Assembly (NCBI GenBank): GCA_029261835.1
Contig: JAJDAO010000002.1
Location: 6,167 to 70,166 of the forward strand
DNA from: Deltaproteobacteria bacterium
GTDB taxonomy: Bacteria > Myxococcota_A > UBA9160 > UBA4427
Direction of reading: 5' to 3'
DNA: 64,000 bases
Shown here: in pieces, positions 9,325-17,700 of the stretch
Layout: the number at the start of each line of letters is the position of its first letter
How positions within the stretch are numbered: the stretch's first letter is position 1
The notes under the pieces: model-generated
Databases searched by the model: none
What the model saw: the letters and a program-made list of their open reading frames with translations, nothing else
What the model was told of the DNA's origin: nothing
Translations under genes and position numbers: made by a program

Positions 9325-10002
9325 TCAAGCTCCCGGATGAGATGGTGAGCTTCCTTCCCTTTGATCGGCGACTTTGTCGCCCTTGATCTCATCTGTGCCC
9401 ACCCCGCCCCCCCACCCCCGAACACCATCGCCCGCCATCAGACACTGTCCCCACCGCCCGGCCGCAAGTAGCCTGGGGCCATGCCCCTCGACCCCTACCT
9501 CGCCATGCTCGTCGGCGCCGCGCTGCTCTGCGTGTGTATCTGCGCCGGCAAGTGATGGAGTAGGAGACCGTCGCTGCGGCGGCACCTCGACAGAGTTCTG
9601 CCCCGCAAAGTCCACCCACCGATCCTCGGGAACTTCGAGCCACTCCAACGCATCGGCCATCTCGCGGAAGACCGCAAAGGAGTTCGGTGATCTGTCCACG
9701 AAGGCCTGGTACATGCGGATGACTCCGTAGACAACATCGACGGGTGCGACGACAGCAGTCTTCACGCCGGTCGGATCGCGATGCACCGTCAGACTCAGTT
9801 CAGCAAGGTCCTGCACCGTGGAGGTGTAGACCTCGAACTTCGACAATCTTCGGAAGTCGTAAAGCACGTTGAGCGTCTTGTCGTACTGGGGGGATCGCCA
9901 GTAGCTCTCGAAGGTCTTTACGAACCCTTCGTCTTCGAGTGCGCCAGAGGCAGTCGCGAGCCGAAGACGAAGATCCTCGAGGATTTCGAATTGGATCGGC
10001 AC
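9325..10002 (-). CDS. STAS/SEC14 (SpoIIAA-like) domain protein
   Basis: VLYDFR...KTAVVAPVDVVYGVIRMYQAF...FAVFREMADALEWL; start set at GTG 10002. Confidence 0.7.
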   Translation of the reverse strand: MPIQFEILEDLRLRLATASGALEDEGFVKTFESYWRSPQYDKTLNVLYDFRRLSKFEVYTSTVQDLAELSLTVHRDPTGVKTAVVAPVDVVYGVIRMYQAFVDRSPNSFAVFREMADALEWLEVPEDRWVDFAGQNSVEVPPQRRSPTPSLAGADTHAEQRGADEHGEVGVEGHGPRLLAAGRWGQCLMAGDGVRGWGGGVGTDEIKGDKVADQREGSSPSHPGA

Positions 10003-10420
10003 GGAACAACACCCCCGTCGCGTTATGCGACTTTGAGATTTCGTGCGGGGCGCTCTGTCTTTGGGGGGGTGCACGACCGACTGAGGCGGCCGATCAGGCA
10101 ACGAGTATACCGCCGCGAGATCCACGGCGCACCTTAGATCGCTGACGCGTGCTTTCGTAAGCCTCGTCGCGCCCCGTTCTCATCCGCTCGCCCTTTCCGG
10201 CGACCCCATCAGCCGTGCGCTCACGCCAGCCCCCCTTCCACAACCACCCGCTTTCGTATCCCGCGTTTCTTGATTGACCGTCTACCCGGGATCGTGAGAC
10301 GATCCTCGTAACCTGGGCTAGGGGTTCGAGCGACGCTCCTCGCGGTTCACCTCTCGCCCAGGTAGCCGCCTTCGGGCGCGGCGGAGTGGTGGGCTTCGTT
10401 GGATGCACAATGGCCTGCCA

Positions 10421-10451
10421 AGGGGCGACCGCGATGGGTCGCGTCGCCCCT
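10421..10451. terminator. GC-rich hairpin after the last late-operon gene
   Basis: AGGGGCGAC...GTCGCCCCT inverted repeat downstream of 10486; no clear U-tract. Confidence 0.4.
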
Positions 10452-10485
10452 CTCTCCGCGGCCTGCATTAGTGAAGGCCGCTCGG

Positions 10486-10830
10486 CTACGCCGCGCCCTG
10501 GTGCTGCGTGATGCGGTAGCCGGCCTCGCGGTCTCCCTCGACCACGCCTTCCCGGCGCAGTATGCCGAGCGCTCTGGTCACAGTCTCCCGGGCTAGATGC
10601 AGCTCGTCGGCGATCTCGCGGTGCCTCACTCGCTCGCCCTCGTGCGCTTCGACCCACCGCAGGACGAGCTGCCTCGTGCGGCGTCTGTAGTCGGTCACCG
10701 CCTCACGCTGCAGGAGGCGGAGTGCCTCGCGCAGTCGGCGCTCCGCGTGCGGGGTCCAGGTGCCGCCGACCCGCACGATCTGGCGGACCTCTTCCACTAC
10801 GTGCTCGGAGAGGACCTCGGTCACTGGCAC
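10486..10830 (-). CDS. Winged-helix DNA-binding protein
   Basis: RHREIADELHLARETVTRALGILRREGVV (Crp-like HTH). Confidence 0.75.
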   Translation of the reverse strand: MPVTEVLSEHVVEEVRQIVRVGGTWTPHAERRLREALRLLQREAVTDYRRRTRQLVLRWVEAHEGERVRHREIADELHLARETVTRALGILRREGVVEGDREAGYRITQHQGAA

Positions 10831-11219
10831 GCGGTGCCCAGGGCTGTGAGGATCCGGCCGACGTCGAGCAGCGAGAGCGTGAGCAATGCGCGGCCCACGT
10901 CGGGCATGTCAATCACACCGTTCGACGACAGGTCAAGCCGGCACGCCTCGGGTAGTCGAAACTTCGGGCCGTTCGCGCTCTTCACCGGAGCCCACGGAGG
11001 CTGCAACGCCCACACGTCCCAGGCGAAGGGCACCGGCGGCCGTTGGAACTCGGCGCACCACGCACCGTCTGCCCGCTGCTCCTCAGTCCCGCTCAGATCT
11101 TGCGTGTTCGTCTCGACCTGCCACGAGGTAGTGTTCCCGCCCGGCTGAATCCAGCACAGCGAGTCGGCGGCGACAGTGGACGCGACCAGCACCAGGAGCA
11201 GCGCGGTCAGTGCCTTCAT
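10821..11219 (-). CDS. Small secreted Cys-containing protein with dockerin/EF-hand-like C-terminus
   Basis: Signal peptide MKALTALLLVLVASTVAA; CRLDLSSNGVIDMPDV. Confidence 0.6.
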   Translation of the reverse strand: MKALTALLLVLVASTVAADSLCWIQPGGNTTSWQVETNTQDLSGTEEQRADGAWCAEFQRPPVPFAWDVWALQPPWAPVKSANGPKFRLPEACRLDLSSNGVIDMPDVGRALLTLSLLDVGRILTALGTACQ

Positions 11220-12676
11220 GGTGCGGAGATCACCGGAGCCATCGGCACCAAGACCGGCGCGCCGCCCGGCAGTGCAGGAGCTTCACCTGGGCCGCCGTAG
11301 GCACGGTGCATCTCGACTAGATAAGTGTTGCAGTGATCCCCGCACGCGTAGTTCCAGGGGGCGGAGCCGAGTCTGTCCACATACTCGAAGTACGGGGCGT
11401 GGTTCCACTCAGTTTCAAGCCAGAGCAGCCGACCAACAGCCGCGGCGCCGTAGTACATTGCCGACATGCGCTGGTAGTTGCCGAGCGCATACTGGCCGGC
11501 GCTACGCTGGGTGGCGAGCGACGGCTGCGCGATGTAGGGGCCGCCGTTAGCGGTACACCATGTTCCCTCTTGACACCGGCTACCGTCCACCAACTCAGCT
11601 GGGTCTTTGCAGTCTTTGCCGTTGCCGGTGTTGTTGATCCAGTCCGCGTACTTTCCAGCCGAGCAGTTAGGCGAGCCCCAGAGAGCCTCGCCGACCGCGG
11701 TGCTGTGGTACACGATGTTGTCCTCTTGAAACTTGTCTCCGCCGTGGCTGGTGCCGATCGCAAGCATCCCGGCGTGCGACAGCATGAATCCCGCATAGAG
11801 GACCGGAGCCTTTCGGCCCATGTATTTCCCGCCGTTGGCCTCCCAAGTCTTCCCGCCTAGCAAGAGGAAATACGTGTCAATGCCAAACTGCACGGCGCGG
11901 TATACGAGCGTTTGCTTCTCCGCGTCGGTACCGGACTGCATCGAGCGCAGCATCGCGACGTTGATCGAAATGGCCAGCTCGGCACCGTAGTCCGCCGCCC
12001 CGCCACCACCGACGTTCATGATCGCGGCACCCGGATGCACGTATCGCTCGGACGTTGAGCTTTGCATGTGATCCAGCCAGACACCGCCGAAGACAGCCTC
12101 CGCGGCGGCGATCGAAACCTGTCCGGTCACGTCTGCGACCGATGGCAGGCGGCCAATGTCAAAGCCATTCGCAGGGTCGGCTGAGAAGATCGTCTTGGTC
12201 GTGCCGTAGTACGGCGGCCGGAACGAGTTGGCCGCGGGGGCCGATCCGACAACCGTCAGGACGGACGCCTGTTCGAGGCACGTCTTGTATGCTGTGCTGC
12301 CGTCGCAGCCCGGCGTGCCTATATCGTACGACAGGACCTTCACGACAGAATCGCCAGCGACGAATACAGCCGGCAATGTGGCCGGCTCCGTGTGCGAGAC
12401 CGACAGCCGGTCATCGAGATACTGCGGCGCGCCGGTGGTCGCGTTGACCTGCCATCCGTGGTGGCCCGCAACTGCGGTCGGCGTCATGGAGATCACCGTA
12501 ACGCCGCTACCTGGGTCGACCACCCAGGGCTCGCCATCAACGAAGCGGCCGGTGGTATAGTCGCCATTGAATTCGAACGTGATCCCGTTCGTCGTCATCG
12601 ACGTCGCGGCGATCGCCTCCTGGCCGTGACCCAAGAAGACCACGGCCAGGAGGGCTAGCAGCGTTGCGCGTCTCAT
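11216..12676 (-). CDS. Secreted protein, possibly polysaccharide-lyase-like
   Basis: Signal peptide MRRATLLALLAVVFLGHGQEAIA; beta-rich N-half, helical aromatic-rich C-half, several Cys pairs; function inferred. Confidence 0.5.
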   Translation of the reverse strand: MRRATLLALLAVVFLGHGQEAIAATSMTTNGITFEFNGDYTTGRFVDGEPWVVDPGSGVTVISMTPTAVAGHHGWQVNATTGAPQYLDDRLSVSHTEPATLPAVFVAGDSVVKVLSYDIGTPGCDGSTAYKTCLEQASVLTVVGSAPAANSFRPPYYGTTKTIFSADPANGFDIGRLPSVADVTGQVSIAAAEAVFGGVWLDHMQSSTSERYVHPGAAIMNVGGGGAADYGAELAISINVAMLRSMQSGTDAEKQTLVYRAVQFGIDTYFLLLGGKTWEANGGKYMGRKAPVLYAGFMLSHAGMLAIGTSHGGDKFQEDNIVYHSTAVGEALWGSPNCSAGKYADWINNTGNGKDCKDPAELVDGSRCQEGTWCTANGGPYIAQPSLATQRSAGQYALGNYQRMSAMYYGAAAVGRLLWLETEWNHAPYFEYVDRLGSAPWNYACGDHCNTYLVEMHRAYGGPGEAPALPGGAPVLVPMAPVISAP

Positions 12677-12885
12677 CCGCTGGCCTCGATCTCCCGCGCG
12701 AGCGCCGCGATCACCGCATCGTTGGCCTCTACCCCGGCCACGATCTCGCGGACTTGCTCGGCCGTGATCTCCCCGCCGGCTTCCTCGATCGTCTTGATGC
12801 GCGTTTCGGCCTGGGTGAGGCGATCCGCCAGAGCGCCGACAAGCTTGACCGCGAGCAGTCCGAGTTCAACGAGTGCCGGGGACAT
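12673..12885 (-). CDS. Small lysis-cassette protein
   Basis: Hydrophobic N-terminus plus coiled coil; coupled to neighbours. Confidence 0.55.
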   Translation of the reverse strand: MSPALVELGLLAVKLVGALADRLTQAETRIKTIEEAGGEITAEQVREIVAGVEANDAVIAALAREIEASG

Positions 12886-13525
12886 TGCCTCTCCCTTCTC
12901 CGACCAGATCCAAGATCTCGGCCGTGATCTCTTTCAGTGCGCCGATGATCTCGAGCGCGATCGTTGCGGCGGTGGGCGACATGATCACGCCACCGCTGGA
13001 CCGGATAAGCTCGGTCCCGATGGCGCTCGCGGCGGCGAGGGCCTTTGCCGTCTCCGGGCTCGCTCTACCGCTCTTGAGGTACTCCTTGGCCGCGACTTGA
13101 GCCGTCTCGAAGCCCGCGACTGCGAGTACCCACTTCGACGCCGGCGACTCCGCGGGCGTCGCCTCGGCGCCGGTGACGAGCGAGCGCATGGTGGTGCAGC
13201 CCGTCAAGGTCGGAGAACTCGCCAGCGCCAGCGACAAGATCAGAGCCGAGGCGATGCCACTCAGCTCGAATTTCACCGGGGCAAGTGTCTTGCGGGCGCC
13301 GTCCGGCCGGAAGTGATGCCACAGCCACATGACACCGCCGGACGCGACAAGCAGCGCCTCGACCACCATCTCGAGCTGTCCGAAGACGTCTTCGCCCAAG
13401 CCGGCGTTGCGCAGAACGAGAGCCAGCGCCGGCAGCCACATCGCCGCAAAGGCGCGGCTCCGTATGATCCACTTCTGATCGGGCCCGACGCCCTTGCCGA
13501 CGAGGTTTCCCTCCGAGTCGTTCAT
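12866..13525 (-). CDS. Membrane protein in lysis cassette (holin-like N-half, internal lipobox)
   Basis: Two TM segments, then a third hydrophobic stretch ending LTGC; follows the endolysin. Confidence 0.55.
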   Translation of the reverse strand: MNDSEGNLVGKGVGPDQKWIIRSRAFAAMWLPALALVLRNAGLGEDVFGQLEMVVEALLVASGGVMWLWHHFRPDGARKTLAPVKFELSGIASALILSLALASSPTLTGCTTMRSLVTGAEATPAESPASKWVLAVAGFETAQVAAKEYLKSGRASPETAKALAAASAIGTELIRSSGGVIMSPTAATIALEIIGALKEITAEILDLVGEGRGNVPGTR

Positions 13526-13534
13526 CGCTCACCC

Positions 13535-13879
13535 CTATGCAGTGCGCCCATGCTGAAGGCTGAAGTGCCCCCCGTCCGGTCGCTTGAATCGTCCACCCCA
13601 GCGGCACAGCTCGTGCTGCTGTTCCCACCACTCCCCGAGTTCGCGGTAGTCTTCGGTCGCCGTCAGGTACTTGCCGGCGCGGAAGAGCAAGAGATCCTGC
13701 GCGATCTTCCAGTGGTGACACGTTGGCCAAGTGCCGACACCGCGGCGCACATTCTCAAGCGCCTGGTACTTCGTGCGGTAGAGTTCCCCGAGGCGTACGT
13801 CGTAGCCAAGCTGCTGGGCCTTGAGTATGAGGAGCGCCACCAGCTTCGCGAAGAGTTCTTGCTTCTCTCCGAGTCTCAC
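13535..13879 (-). CDS. Endolysin, peptidase M15 family
   Basis: GELYRT, CHHWKIAQD (H-x6-D), RWGGRF, DGGHFS. Confidence 0.85.
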   Translation of the reverse strand: MRLGEKQELFAKLVALLILKAQQLGYDVRLGELYRTKYQALENVRRGVGTWPTCHHWKIAQDLLLFRAGKYLTATEDYRELGEWWEQQHELCRWGGRFKRPDGGHFSLQHGRTA

Positions 13880-14145
13880 GGCACCTCCGGTTCGTAGGCG
13901 CCGGCACTGCTCGGGTGGAAGTGGCCGATGTTGACGCGGTTGATGTCCGAACGGCGGTCGACCTTCTTGAGGACCGCGGCGAAGTGCTCAAACTTCGTTC
14001 CCATCTGCGCCACCTGCGACGTGACCTCGGCCTGGCCGATGTAGTTGCTCAGCACAACCCCGGCGGCGAGGCCGATCAGAGTGAGGATCTGCCAGGTGTG
14101 CAGACCGACCGTCACCTCTTTGCCGTCCGAAGCCCTCACCATCAC
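13876..14145 (-). CDS. Putative holin/hemolysin-like membrane protein
   Basis: Single TM plus coiled coil immediately upstream of the endolysin. Confidence 0.5.
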   Translation of the reverse strand: MMVRASDGKEVTVGLHTWQILTLIGLAAGVVLSNYIGQAEVTSQVAQMGTKFEHFAAVLKKVDRRSDINRVNIGHFHPSSAGAYEPEVP

Positions 14146-14164
14146 CGCTCTCTCCTCTCTCCCA

Positions 14165-15979
14165 TCACGGCGACGAGATCACCGACTGCCCGGTGACGGT
14201 TTCCCAGGTCACGCCGCGGTCCTCGCTGCACCGGCCGGCCCACTGGTACGTGTTGGGCGTGGCGTAGTTGCACAGGATGATGGGCGACGCGGTTTGCCAG
14301 CCGGCGCCCGCGCCGCAGTCGAACTGGCATTGCATCGGGCGGGGGAACCCGTCGGCGCGCTCGGCATTGCCGATATAGGCGACGCCCGTCACCCCGCCCG
14401 TTGCCGGCGGGCCGTTTACCTGCGTTGCATCAGCGAGCGAGACGTATTGCGCCTGCGCCTCTTGCGCCTCGAGATCCGCTTTGAGCTTGTCAAATGCCGC
14501 CTGCTCGGCCTGATTCATGCCGCCGACCGTGAGGTCGACCGTCTCATCGCTAATCGCGTATAGCGCTTCCGATCCGTCGGCGACGATCATGTATTTGTAG
14601 CCGCTCGCATCGGTCGTCATGCGCTGCGAGCCGGAGTTCGACATCGAGTAGACGTAGTCGCGCTTCACATTCGGCCAGCAGGCAGAACGCTGGCACCAGC
14701 CAGCGAGGTTCCCACGCAAGCTGCGGCTATCGACGGGCCGCGCCTGCCCGTTGTACCGGCGATCGTTTGGGTCGTTGAGCGTCGTCGTCGGCAGGTCGCT
14801 CTGCGAGACGCCCGCGTAGTCGAGAATCGTGGCCCACAGATCCACGATGTGAACCGGTGCGACCTCCACCCGACCAGGATTCGCGACCCCGGCGCCCGAG
14901 ATGATAAACGGCACATGCACGCCGCCCTCGAATACGCCGCCCTTCCCGCCGACCTCGCCGCCATCCTCCGAGCCCGGCTCGCCACCGTTGTCGCTGACGA
15001 AGATGATCATGTCCTCGGCGAACCGATCTCGACCGGTCTGCATCTGCGTCCTGAACCAGGCGATATCGGCGTTGAGCTGCTCGTACATCGCTCGACGACA
15101 ATCCGCGGCGGTCGCCAGCGGACACGTCGTCGGGAAGCTGGGCTGCGCCGGATCGTGGATCAGGCTGTGGATCAGTGACGTGCTGATGACGATGATCCAT
15201 CGCTGATTCGGATCGGCTGCCTCGAGTTCCTGGATGTAGGCCCACGCCTGCTGAAATGCGTAGGTGGAGGCGTACGTGTCCGTTACGGTCACGACCGTGC
15301 TCGAGATCGCACCGAGTGATGGCGCGTTCATCTCGGTCTTCGACCAGCTCCAGTGGCTCGGCTCAGGTGACGGGGTCGAGTGCCCATAGAAGCGGTTGAA
15401 GCCCAGCCACGCCATGTCGTCGCCCCACGGAGCGACCGGGCACGTCCCGCCAGTGCAATCGCTGTCTGCGTAGCACGCATCGCCTTCGTCAGAGCCGCCG
15501 GCGCAATGATAGACAGACGTGCCGATGCCGGACTTTCCGAGCCACGCGAACTTGAAGACGCCTGGACGCACGCGCTCGATCGCCGTGGCGAAAGTGAACT
15601 CGGCGGAGTTGCCGGGCCCGGCGCCGGCGTTGATGGCCGGCGGAGGCACGGGCGAGTCTAGCCAGTGCGAGGTCATGTGTTGGCCAGTCAAGAAGCCGGC
15701 TCGAGTAGCCGAACAGACCGGCGTCGCGTAGCCGCGCTGATACCGCACGCCCGCCGCGGCGAGCGCGTCGATCTCCGGCATCGCCGGCTGCACTGCATCA
15801 CCAATGCCCAGATCGTTGTACACGCTGAACGCAGGGACGCCGCAATCGTCGCAGAGGATCACGACTATGTTCTTCGGCTCGATCGGTAGCGGCGCCCCTA
15901 TCGAACCGGACCCAGACTGCGCGCACGCCTGCGAGGCGAAGAAGAACGCCGCAGCTACAACCGGCCAGAAATGCATCAC
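14165..15979 (-). CDS. Secreted Cys-type sulfatase-family protein
   Basis: Signal peptide; NIVVILCDDCG, CSATRAGFLTG, SDNG, KGGVFEGGVHVP, DLWATILD. Confidence 0.85.
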   Translation of the reverse strand: MMHFWPVVAAAFFFASQACAQSGSGSIGAPLPIEPKNIVVILCDDCGVPAFSVYNDLGIGDAVQPAMPEIDALAAAGVRYQRGYATPVCSATRAGFLTGQHMTSHWLDSPVPPPAINAGAGPGNSAEFTFATAIERVRPGVFKFAWLGKSGIGTSVYHCAGGSDEGDACYADSDCTGGTCPVAPWGDDMAWLGFNRFYGHSTPSPEPSHWSWSKTEMNAPSLGAISSTVVTVTDTYASTYAFQQAWAYIQELEAADPNQRWIIVISTSLIHSLIHDPAQPSFPTTCPLATAADCRRAMYEQLNADIAWFRTQMQTGRDRFAEDMIIFVSDNGGEPGSEDGGEVGGKGGVFEGGVHVPFIISGAGVANPGRVEVAPVHIVDLWATILDYAGVSQSDLPTTTLNDPNDRRYNGQARPVDSRSLRGNLAGWCQRSACWPNVKRDYVYSMSNSGSQRMTTDASGYKYMIVADGSEALYAISDETVDLTVGGMNQAEQAAFDKLKADLEAQEAQAQYVSLADATQVNGPPATGGVTGVAYIGNAERADGFPRPMQCQFDCGAGAGWQTASPIILCNYATPNTYQWAGRCSEDRGVTWETVTGQSVISSP

Positions 15980-17400
15980 TGCCCCTGGTCGAACGCGATC
16001 CCGACGTTGACCCTTAGAAGGTAAGTCCCTCCCGCACCCGCACTGATCTCGAGCCGGGTGCCCGTCGGCGCCGTGATATCCGAACCAACCGACGAGAGAA
16101 GACTGAGCGGAATCAGTTCGTCAACCGCCGACGTACCCGCGGTGGGCTGATATTGGAGCCCACCCGACGCCGCACTGCCGGCGACGTCGAGCCGTTGCAG
16201 CGACCAGCCACTCGTATTGCCGCGGACCTGAAAATCAGTCGGGAATATCGTGCCAGCGATGCATAGCCCAGTGTAGAATTCGACATCGTCGAGCGCTGCG
16301 AGTGCGACAACGGCCGACATTCCCGTCGACGTCGCGCCGGCGTTCGCAAGGTTGTCGACGTCGGTCGTCCATTGCAGTTGCTGGCCGATCTGCGATGCGC
16401 CGTTCTTCCAAACAGTAACCGCGCCGCAGTACGTACTCGCATAGATGTCGATGCCAGGACAATCGCCAGTCCACGTCCCGTCCGCGCTCACGTCGCAGCG
16501 GAGGTGGGAATCAATGCCGACGTCGCTGTCAACGCAGAGGTTGAAGTCGTGATTGCCGGTGTCGTCCGCGCCCTCCATTAGGGTCGCGCACTGCCCGTTA
16601 TTCGGATGGCGGGTTGTCTGGTTGCCGCCGCCGGGGACGTTGTTCTTCAGATTGAGGCCGTCCCAGTAGAGGTCGGCGCCGGGGTCGGTTGTGGAGATTG
16701 GGCTCGAGCCGCCGGCGGTCGTATACGGGCAGTTGGTGCCGGACCATGCAGCACCGTCCCACACGCAGTCCGACGGCGCGCTCATCGCGTCAGCTACGCT
16801 CTGCGTGAAGCAGTCGCTGCCGTTGTCGGTGCCCTCGCACATCTTGTGCCACTGCCCGATCGTCGCGGATGGCGCGGTAGTGATCCTGGAGCCTGGGCGG
16901 TTGAGCGACAGAACACCGGGGTCTTCGTCGAAATGGAGCGACCTCGTCCCGCCGCCGATGTCCTGCCCGAGCGAGAAGTCCTGCGAACCGTCGACCTGGT
17001 GAATAGTGTTGTTCGTCAGGTCGAACATGATCATTTCTTCGATAGCCTGTTGCATGTCGTCGGCCACGAGCGGGTTCGTGCTCGGATCGAAGGAGATCTG
17101 GTCGGCCCTGATCAGCGTCTCAGGCCCGGGAGCCGGCCCGCTCGACGCATTGCCCTTGAGCACGAAGACCCACTGCGAGCCGGTCCACGCCACGAGGTGG
17201 CGTCCCGGGCCGCTTCCGGCTGCCGGCGATCCGTAGGTCTCGACGCCGGAACCGTCCGTGATCCAGCCCATCGCGCCGGGACCCGGCGATCCGGGCAAGG
17301 TGTCAAACGTGTAGACACCGACGGCCGAGGCCGACGCTGACAGGAAGAGGATCAGTGCGAACACCGCCATCGCGATCGACCGCAAGATGTGGCGATTCAT
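15976..17400 (-). CDS. Signal-peptide-bearing tail-fibre-like protein
   Basis: MNRHILRSIAMAVFALILFLSASASA; YTFDTLP...WITDG...WTGSQW motif; two Cys-rich EG(T/A)D repeats; GGAGG RBS before ATG 17400. Confidence 0.6.
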   Translation of the reverse strand: MNRHILRSIAMAVFALILFLSASASAVGVYTFDTLPGSPGPGAMGWITDGSGVETYGSPAAGSGPGRHLVAWTGSQWVFVLKGNASSGPAPGPETLIRADQISFDPSTNPLVADDMQQAIEEMIMFDLTNNTIHQVDGSQDFSLGQDIGGGTRSLHFDEDPGVLSLNRPGSRITTAPSATIGQWHKMCEGTDNGSDCFTQSVADAMSAPSDCVWDGAAWSGTNCPYTTAGGSSPISTTDPGADLYWDGLNLKNNVPGGGNQTTRHPNNGQCATLMEGADDTGNHDFNLCVDSDVGIDSHLRCDVSADGTWTGDCPGIDIYASTYCGAVTVWKNGASQIGQQLQWTTDVDNLANAGATSTGMSAVVALAALDDVEFYTGLCIAGTIFPTDFQVRGNTSGWSLQRLDVAGSAASGGLQYQPTAGTSAVDELIPLSLLSSVGSDITAPTGTRLEISAGAGGTYLLRVNVGIAFDQGQ

Positions 17401-17418
17401 GGTGGCACCTCCCATTGT

Positions 17419-17700
17419 TCAGACCACCGGCTGCGTTCGGACGCGCGGCCTCGGACGCGCCTGCACGCCGGTGCGGATCTTCTCGAGGTCCGCCGTCTCC
17501 GCGGCCGTCATCGCTCCGCCGTCGGCGAGCCTGAGCACCACGGCCGCGAGGCGATCGACTTCCGTGATCACCGGCTCTTGCTGGCGCTGACGGAAGGCCA
17601 TCATCTCGGCGGAGCCATCGGCGTGGAACACCTGCGCCTGGCTCTGACGAAAGCGCGTCGTGCCAGTCACCACGCCGGTCTTCAAGAAGCAATAGGGCAT
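17419..17700 (-). CDS. Small tail-fibre-associated protein (chaperone-like)
   Basis: ATG overlaps the tail fibre stop; position. Confidence 0.5.
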   Translation of the reverse strand: MPYCFLKTGVVTGTTRFRQSQAQVFHADGSAEMMAFRQRQQEPVITEVDRLAAVVLRLADGGAMTAAETADLEKIRTGVQARPRPRVRTQPVV

